This document shows, piece after piece, positions 55,623-64,000 of a stretch of 64,000 bases of DNA (the stretch's first letter is position 1; the number at the start of each line of letters is the position of its first letter). The notes beneath the pieces were generated by a model. The model was not told the origin of the DNA. It ran no database searches and was given only the letters and a program-made list of their open reading frames with translations. The position numbers and the translations under genes were made by a program. The stretch covers positions 24,329 to 88,328 of the forward strand of contig NW_021833241.1 of assembly GCF_006345805.1 (NCBI RefSeq), given 5' to 3'. This stretch comes from Octopus sinensis (taxonomy: Eukaryota).

Positions 55623-57004
55623 CATAAATGTTTCTAGCTTCATATATATTTTTTAAATATTTTGTGTACGTTACCTACGTGCGTAAGTGTGATTTTCGTT
55701 TTATAGGATGCTAGTGAACTATTTGGGATAGATTTGTTTACCATTTGGAGAAGAGGGAACAAAGCATTATGGTCATGATTTCTTGTTCGAGGACTGTTTT
55801 GTTCCGTCAGGACATGAAACATGATAATATTATTTTCTTGAAAGTCTCCCAACTTTTCTGCGACAAGTGTAACGTTGTCGAAATGTAATTTTGTTTGAAT
55901 TCACTTATAACTTCCCATTCATGCCAAAATCTTGAAATACTGTTAACACAAATGTCCTAGGGGTAACATATAGCCCACTTTATGAGTGTATGAACGCGAA
56001 TTTATTTATATCAGCCTATATAAGTTTATACATTTATCAATCTATCTACACATAATCATATACACACACATTCAGTTTCATTAACGCCCTCATATGCACA
56101 CAAAACATGCAGGAACGCACAAGCACACAGTTACGCAGAAATATAATTTTGAGGTCATGCCTCTGTAATTCTGCATACTGACAGCCTAATTTATCGCTTG
56201 TGTTGTTACATATATTTACTAATATTTCATCTGTCAATATCTCTCCACTTTAAAGGGTTTCCAGTTAACATATTCTGAGGCTTGCCCATTACATTTGCTG
56301 AAATACGTTTGGAACTTGAAAGTGTTAACACCAGGTCATCGTGAAACGTATAAGGAATAACCATATATCTGAAATATTTCTCATATTCCATATGACGGTG
56401 TTCTTGAAATTTTAAACTCATCTAATTGAATGAGACATATGATCGGAAACTATTTCTTTCATGAATACGCTTGGGTATGGGTACATTTCTGCCTATAACT
56501 ATGTTAACCAATATTAAGCTACGCTTCTCTCATTTAAACTACGATTGTCTTCCCGCGTTAAACTTAGATTTGCACAATAAAATTTCATAGAAACTATCAA
56601 CAAGGAACGTATATGTGATACGTTCCAGTATTTTAAACGGTGCTATTATCCATTTCTACAAGGAATACATAAAGGAGAAATATAAAATGAAATCCCGTGT
56701 AAGTATAACCGATAACGTATAGACATTAAATATAACCTCGAAAACTACCTTAAATTCTCCCTTAAAAGACAGAAACTTTCATCAAAGACACGGAAATCGA
56801 TTCCGCGATCTCCCTACATGTGGGTAAGTGCCTGTTTACTAACAATAAGTAAAACGAGCTTAGATAGAATAAATGTTGTCAAAATACTTTCAACATATCG
56901 AATCCTTGAAACAGAGTTGTCTAAATAACCACGTCGTTTGAATGGCATCTAAAAGGAACATTCATATTCAACGATTCTATATCTTAGCCTGGTATTCTTG
57001 CATT

Positions 57005-57418
57005 ACTCTTTACTCTCTTTTACTCTTTTACTTGTTTCAGTCATTTGACTGCGGCCATGCTGGAGCACCGCCTTTAATTGAGCAACTCGACTCCGGGACT
57101 TATTATTTTTGTAAGCCCAGTACTTATTCTATCGGTCTCTTTTGCCGAACCGCTAAGTGACGGGGACATAAACACACCAGCATCGGTTGTCAAGCAATGC
57201 TAGAGGGACACACACAGACACACAAACACATACACATACATATACATATATATACATATATACGACAAGCTTCTTTCAGTTTCCGTCTACCAAAGCCACT
57301 CACAAGGCTTTGGTCGGCCCGAGGCTATAGCAGAAGACACTTGCCCAAGGTGCCACGCAGTGGGACTGAACCCGGAACCATGTGGGTGGTAGACAAGCTA
57401 CTTACCACACAGCCACTC
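57005..57418 (-). mobile_element. SINE family A
   Basis: Colinear with 3051-3460; (actctttt)n tail. Confidence 0.92.
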
Positions 57419-59312
57419 ATCCAAGACTTTCTTCAAAAAGAAATTTAAATAAACAAGAACATACATAAACCATCATAGAAATCGACCTAACGATCATTGT
57501 GTACTTGAGAAATATCTCTACTTTTTGTGCAAATTTTTCTTTGCATAAGTAAATGGGATTAGGCAATTCTTACATTCTTATAATACAGGTCAAGATTTTT
57601 ATTCTTACTGAAGGAAATATGTGGCAACATGTAGGATATTAAAGGTGATCCGAAAAGTGATAACGTGCTTAGAATATCGAATAAGGCAAATGGAGTACAG
57701 TTGAGAAAATCAAGAAGGGATTTATAGCATCTTTGAAAATGTTCATTCAAAGATTCAAAACCGAATTACCCTTTGCAAATTCAATGTTGCTTGATGCTAC
57801 GTTTTAAGTACATGCAAAATCGACAACTCCTTTGAGAATCGATCTCGTCACGAGGATGCGTCGCAAAGTGAAGCCGCTTTCAATGCAGTTGTATGGACTT
57901 CACAAAAAGCAAGATTATAAGTGCAATTTAGATGTTCTTATAATCTTGGATTTTAAAATGTTTTACCATAGATAAAACCTCTGTGGTAAAGAGGCAGAAT
58001 GCTAAGACAAGGCAATATAATAATAAATAAAAAATACGCAATCAAGAAAAAAAACTAGTTACGTACATTTGACCTCGAAATGACAGAGAAAAAGTATTAC
58101 GAAAATAAAATCTATAACAGTGATAGAAGACTGTAGTAAAAGCGAGTGTAGCAAAATATTATATTTACTTGGGCAGAAAATATATCTCTAATTGACTTAT
58201 ATGTCATAAGAAAAGACCATGAGGGATATAAAGGTGAGATACAGTTGCCATTAGAAAAAAAATAGATCTGACATTACAGGTTACAACATGTATGGCTTAT
58301 AAACCGGGAGTGGAAGAACCAGAGATACACATGTCAGAATTGTAAAAAAAAAAAAAAAAAAGAATAATGATAATAATAATAACTAAACGCTGATCATGTA
58401 TATATCTTGAAAACTAGCAGCAGTGTATAATGTGTTGAATGTATTCACTATTGGCACACACACACAAACACACACACAAACACACACACAAATATGCACT
58501 AAAGTACACTAACACACATGCACACACAAACACACACGTACGCAAACACACATGTATACATATACTTATGCTTACACTGACATACTCATTATCTCACCAA
58601 AAGCTGGCTAACTGTACACATTCTAAAATGAATTTTATGATGAAATACAAAAGAAAAGGCATCGATATATCATAACAACACCCAAATAAAATCTTTAATA
58701 TAATTAAATTTCTCTGGAAAGTGAGTTACACATTGACTATATAACATTCGCTACCGTATACACTATCTTAAAAATATTTAAGCAATTTTTAAAAACGGGA
58801 ATGAATTGCTCCGAAAGGTTGACATATAAGGTACTTTTGTACGAAATTAAATACGCTTCTTTAAGCCGTTCATAGGCCGAAAGCATCGAAAAAACAATTG
58901 CATAATTTTAGGTGTTTGATAACATACGTGCATTAAAGAGTTTCTTTAAACTATAAAAAACTTATAGAATTTTATACACATACATAAATATGTTGTTATG
59001 TGCATTTTTTTTATTTGTAGCAGGTTTACCTATATAGAAAGGCTGCTGTTTTGCAAAACTTTTTACGCTGTAGCTCTTGAAATTCTACCACCAGAACCAT
59101 ATAATTTCTTGCTACCGGGCGTGGTATGTTATATGCCATTATATTCAGAAACCGTCTACATTAGTTGAACCCATCCACTTTCTCTTCAGTAGATATTTCA
59201 CCTGTCATATTAGAAGGGTCGCATTTGTTAATTCTGTGGCTTCTTTCACATTGAACAAACTTAGCGCAATTTAGCAAGTCGTACAACCGGACAGCAATGC
59301 GTAACTATCTTA

Positions 59313-59917
59313 TTTCTTTACTGCCCACAAGAGGTTACACACAGAGGGGACAAACAAGAACAGACAAACAGATTAAGTTGATTATATTGACCCCAATGCG
59401 TAACTGGTAGTTATTTAATCGATCCCGAAAGGATGAAAGGCAAAGTTGACCACCGCGGAATTTGAACTCAGAACGTAGCTGCACACGAAATATCTATTTC
59501 TTTATACTCACAAAGGGTTAAACGCAGAGAGGACAAACAAAGACAGACAAACGGATTAAGTCGATTTTATCGACCACAGTGCGTAACTGGTACTTATTTA
59601 CTCGACCCCGAAAGGATGAAAGGCAAAGTTGACCTCGGCGGAATTTGAACTCAGAACGCAGCGCCGGACGAAGTACCTTTTTTTTCTACTACCCCCAAGG
59701 GGCTAAACACAGAGAGGACAAACAAGGACAGACAAGTGGATTAAGTCGATTACATCAACCCCATTGCTTAACTGGTTATTAATTTATCGAACCCGAAAGG
59801 GTGAAAGACAAAGTCGATCTGGGCGGAATTTGAACTCAGAACGTAACGGCAGACGAATTACCGAGAGCATTTTGCCCGGCATGCTAACGTTTCTGCCAGC
59901 TCGCCGCCATCAATCTT
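59313..59917 (-). mobile_element. SINE family C tandem trimer with a 17-bp flanking direct repeat
   Basis: About 184-bp period (59311, 59495, ~59679); one head near 59908; aatgcgtaactatctta at 59296-59312 and 59918-59934. Confidence 0.9.
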
Positions 59918-60636
59918 AATGCGTAACTATCTTACGGAACAAACTCCTCAATCAGTGATGACTTCATTTGTACTTCCAATATAATTTCGCCCCCACACCA
60001 GACTGTGTTATATTTCACACCACGGCTTCTGTTCTACCTTACCCTCCTACATGGTCCATCCACGATACTTGTATAAAATGCGCAATCATAACTGCACGCC
60101 AATATATCGCACTCTACGCACACACATTAAACTACACCACACCACAGTACATCTATGTACACCCATGCTGTTACCCTGACCCAGTATCCCCCACACCTTT
60201 AAGCAAGTATCCATACTTACATTTCTCTTAATCACACAATTTCGCACGCACAACTATCCATACAGTTTATTAACCACACAGATCTTCAACTTATGCGTTG
60301 ATATGTACTCTGAACAGGCTGTCTGTTGGCCATCCCTACTGTGGTTTCTTCCCATAATCCTCTCATCAGTGGTGTTTCTAGTGCGTGTGACTCTCATGGA
60401 AACCCTAGAGAATATACTACCTACACAAGCTTATAAAGCAACCCAAATATGCCGCACCTGTGAAGATGTCGCCCGGGGACCACCGCTCGTTTACCGTAAC
60501 TTCAATGCTGCATGAATTTGTGTAACAATTAGGCTGGATGACATGTATCTCCACCGGAATACATGTGGCTTACCAATTGGGAAATGTGATGAACAAAACT
60601 CTACATAAACGTAAGCACAATAACTATACTAGCAAG

Positions 60637-60769
60637 TTGAAAACTATTGAATGCCGAATATCCAATAAAAACTCCTTAGTTTATTATTGCACCGTCTCCA
60701 TTAAGATATAGTCTTCATTTGTTAGGTGTCAGAGTGTTTATTGGATATTTGGCATTCAATAATTTTCAA
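60637..60769. mobile_element. Small MITE-like element with 38-bp inverted termini
   Basis: ttgaaaactattgaatgccgaatatccaataaaaactc pairs with gagtgtttattggatatttggcattcaataattttcaa (3 mismatches). Confidence 0.8.
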
Positions 60770-60840
60770 GTTAATTCATTCTTATTGAGAAAAATATTGA
60801 TATTCATAAGTCGCAAAGTTATATTTTTCATGAGACGTAA

Positions 60841-61130
60841 TGCGGCGAGCTGGCAGAAACGTTAGCACGCCGGGCGAAATGCTTAGCGATATTTCGTCTG
60901 CCGTTACGTCCTGAGTTCAAATTCAGCCGAGGTCGACTTTGCGTTTCATCCTTTCGGGGTCGATTAAATAAGTACCAGTTACGCACTGGTACTTGTTTGC
61001 CCCCTCTGTTTGTAGCCCCTTATGGCCATAAAGAAACAGGTGTCTCGTCTTCCTTTACGTTCTGAATTCAAATTCCTCCTAGGTTGACTTTGTCTTTCAT
61101 CCTTTCGGGGTCGAAAAATTTAGTACCCAT
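60841..61130 (+). mobile_element. SINE family C, about 1.5 tandem units
   Basis: The tail aaagaaacaggt runs straight into a second ttacgttctgaattcaaattcc body. Confidence 0.85.
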
Positions 61131-61371
61131 GCATCTTCCTACAAACGTGTTTGTGCTTGTGCTCTTTAAATGCCACATTATTGATACGTAAATACAGCTC
61201 ATCGATATATATAATCGATACATGAAACTTTCAAAGAATATTTTGGATACGTATTTTGCATATTCGCACATTACTGAAGGTTTCGTGGAATTTCATAGAA
61301 CTTTCAATAAACTGTACCATATAGTTGTGTGTGTTTTTTTTGTGTGTAGATTAACGCAGTAATTTATCCTA

Positions 61372-62639
61372 TTGGCTTGGCAACTATGTTGCCGCCGTTT
61401 TTATAAATTTTGGAATTTATTGCGTTTTTAAATTTAGGAATCGTTTTTTTTTCTAGAATTCTAGATTTGAATCATTTTGGACTCTATTTTTTTTCTAGTT
61501 AATTTTAGTTAATTTTCGTTAATTTTCAGATAATTAAAGAGGATGTCAAGTTAACAAAAACGAGCATTTTCGACACCTCCTTCATTTTTCTTTTAATCAA
61601 GGTTCTAAGGCCGTAGAAGCTGCTCGGGATAGTTGTGCTTTGTATGGAGAGAGTGCCATAACTGAAAGAACAGCTCGTGATTGGTATGCCAAGTTAAAAA
61701 ATTGAAATTTTGACCTCAAAAATGCACCTCGTTCTGGCCGTCCAGTTGAGTTCGATGAAGAGGTATTAGATAAACTTTTGCACGAAAATTCTCATCAAAC
61801 GACAAGGGAACTGGCAGAGAGAATGGAATGCTCCAACACTGCTATAGAGAAGTATCTTCACTCGATAGGAAAGGTTCAGAAGTATGGAACATGGGTTCCG
61901 CATGCTTTAAATAACACCAACAAAAATCAACGTGCCACAATCTTAACTGATATGCTTGCACAACACCGTTCAACTCATGGACACAAGCAACGATTCTTTA
62001 CAGAATCGTTACTGCCGACGAAAATTGGTGCCTGTAAATGAATAGGAATGTGCGTCAGGAAGGGCTTAGCCCCGATAAATAAACGACACCGCGCGTGAAA
62101 CAAGATCTTCATCCGCGTAAAACGATGTTGTGCGTATGGTGGGACTGGGAAGGGATTATCCATTACGAATTGCTTGAACGGAACCCAACGGTCAACGCAG
62201 AACTCTATTTTCAACAGATGGGACAACTCAACACGGCTATTCAAGAAAAAAAACCTAATCGGCAGCATGAAGTTTTTTCTGCTGCACGACAAAGATCGCC
62301 AACATGACCAAGGAAGTTTTTCAAACGCATGTGGACGTGCTGCCACACCAGCCGTACTCCTGATTTAGCACCAAGCGATTTCCGCCTCTTTCGATCTCAT
62401 TCAAATGCTAGGTGCAGAGTTTCGTTCAATGCAGAATTGAGGGCTTGTTTGGATCAATTTTCGAGTCGAAATCGGGTGATTTCTACCAACGAGGTATAGA
62501 AAACCTGGTTGAACGTTGGGCCGAAGATGTAAACACTAGGTTGAATATATTATTGATTAATTAGTTCTTTCTTTTTTTATAAAACCTTTTAAAAGTATTT
62601 TAATTTATAAAAACGGCGGCAACATAGTCGCTGACCCAA
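61372..62639 (+). mobile_element. Full-length (1268 bp) inactive mariner DNA transposon
   Basis: 36-bp TIRs (61372-61407 and 62604-62639; 4 mismatches, inner 25 bp perfect) and TA on both flanks. The decayed transposase at ~61535-62560 shows EHFRH, PRSGRP, WVPHAL, MLCVWWDWEGIIHYELL and PYS(P)DLAPSDFRLF, with an in-frame stop and frameshifts. Confidence 0.96.
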
Positions 62640-63164
62640 TAACTAGATACCAAACTTATGACAATTTGAAGTTTACAGTGTTCAGAGACAATCTCGTAGA
62701 ACGATTTAAACATTCACACAATCTGTGGGAACAAGGCTATAGTTACTACCATAATATTTGGTTGCTTCTTTTGCCAGTATAGTAAAAGTAACTTTCAAAT
62801 GTGATATATCACAGGATGTTATGGCTTTCGCCAGCATTATTTCGCTGGTTGTAAAATTCTTTGGCTGTGTTTTTGATAGGTTTAAAACAAAATTGGCGCT
62901 ATCTCGTCGCTTCTTTAGACGTATTCTCTACTCTGGGACTCAGGTTCTGTCGGAAACCTTCACACTACAGACACACGTACATGCATATATATTTACCGTA
63001 ACATGAATACGCGCAGGCACATACATGCACACACACACACGCACACGGAGGCACGGACACATATATGCATAAACACAGTTTTATATATATATATCATACA
63101 TACATGCATACTATATACATAATACACACATAGACAAATATAAGTGAATATATGTATAAACACA

Positions 63165-63186
63165 GTTACACACACACATACACACG

Positions 63187-63242
<56 letters not shown>

Positions 63243-63282
63243 ATTCATACATATATATACACACATACATACATATATATGT

Positions 63283-63314
<32 letters not shown>

Positions 63315-63355
63315 CATGTTTATGCACACACACACATATATATATGTATATATAC
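63165..63355. repeat. Compound CA/TA microsatellite
   Basis: Direct reading. Confidence 0.93.
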
Positions 63356-64000
63356 ACATGCGAACACATACTTTCAGACACACAGAGGTACACAAAAAAT
63401 ATACGTACATACATGTAACAGCGTATGCTCCGCTCCCTGTACGAGAGAGAGTTCCTGGTAATTATATTCCTTGGCCACAACGGACCATAATTTACTATTC
63501 GTGAACAACACATCGAAACTCTGACCTCCGGGGGTCAATGTGTGCTGTCCATCTTACTATTGACACTGGCAACAACGTTTCCTCTGAGCATAGTTCTCCG
63601 CAAAATATGCTGCTATAATTTCTTTCAGCTGAACTCCTATTGTTGACAGCTTACATAAATTAAGAGATAAGAAACATAATCTACACTTTTAACTGTGCTT
63701 CTTACTCTTGAAATTGCTTCTCTAATATCCATCTTCGTCTCACCAACACAGTTTGTAACAATCTACCGTTTTTTTCGTGCATGATATTATGTTTTTTGGC
63801 TATTTTCTTTCTATTGCTACATTGATATTATTATGACTATATTAAAGCAGAAATCAATATTAGTATTATGATTATTATTAGTAGTAGTAGTAATAGTAGT
63901 AGTACCATATTTTTCGTCCATTTTGTATTTGTATTGACTTACAGATTTTATTTTTATTTTCTTCGAGTTCTCTTTAATATTGATATATGTGGTTCTACAT

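Noticed and set aside
56100-56260. piggyBac-like peptide (EILTDEILVNICNNT) on the minus strand
   Set aside because: Single short resemblance, no TTAA-flanked TIRs or catalytic motifs seen.
57690-57790. hAT-like peptide (QRFKTELPFANSMLLDATF)
   Set aside because: Lacks the LDPR motif and any termini; likely chance.
60325-60372. Minus-strand CTGATGA...GAAAC...GTA as a hammerhead
   Set aside because: The intervening sequence cannot form helix II, and helix I is mismatched at the first pair.

Overview
AT-rich, repeat-dominated animal genomic DNA, almost certainly intronic or intergenic sequence of an octopus. The taxon is an inference from my recognition of the interspersed repeat families, not from a database search. 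I found no recognisable host protein-coding exon, rRNA, true tRNA or CRISPR array, and nearly all ORFs in the supplied track are translations of microsatellites. The window holds four to five families of tRNA-headed SINEs (labelled A, B1, B2, C and D here), two RTE-type LINE remnants, a Penelope-like (GIY-YIG) remnant, a full-length but dead mariner with TIRs, two further Tc1/mariner remnants, several MITEs, four non-autonomous Helitrons and many microsatellites. The most interesting structure is non-coding: (1) minimal type-I hammerhead ribozyme motifs inside a ~200-bp dispersed repeat (30536-30570 + and 11679-11713 -); (2) SINE-C trimers, each bracketed by one target-site duplication; (3) a perfect 26-bp hairpin and a ~110-bp-arm foldback; (4) modular SINEs that swap bodies or carry an internal microsatellite; (5) an ~840-bp tandem duplication that may be an assembly artefact. 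Repeat boundaries were read by eye and are approximate unless a TSD or TIR is quoted.
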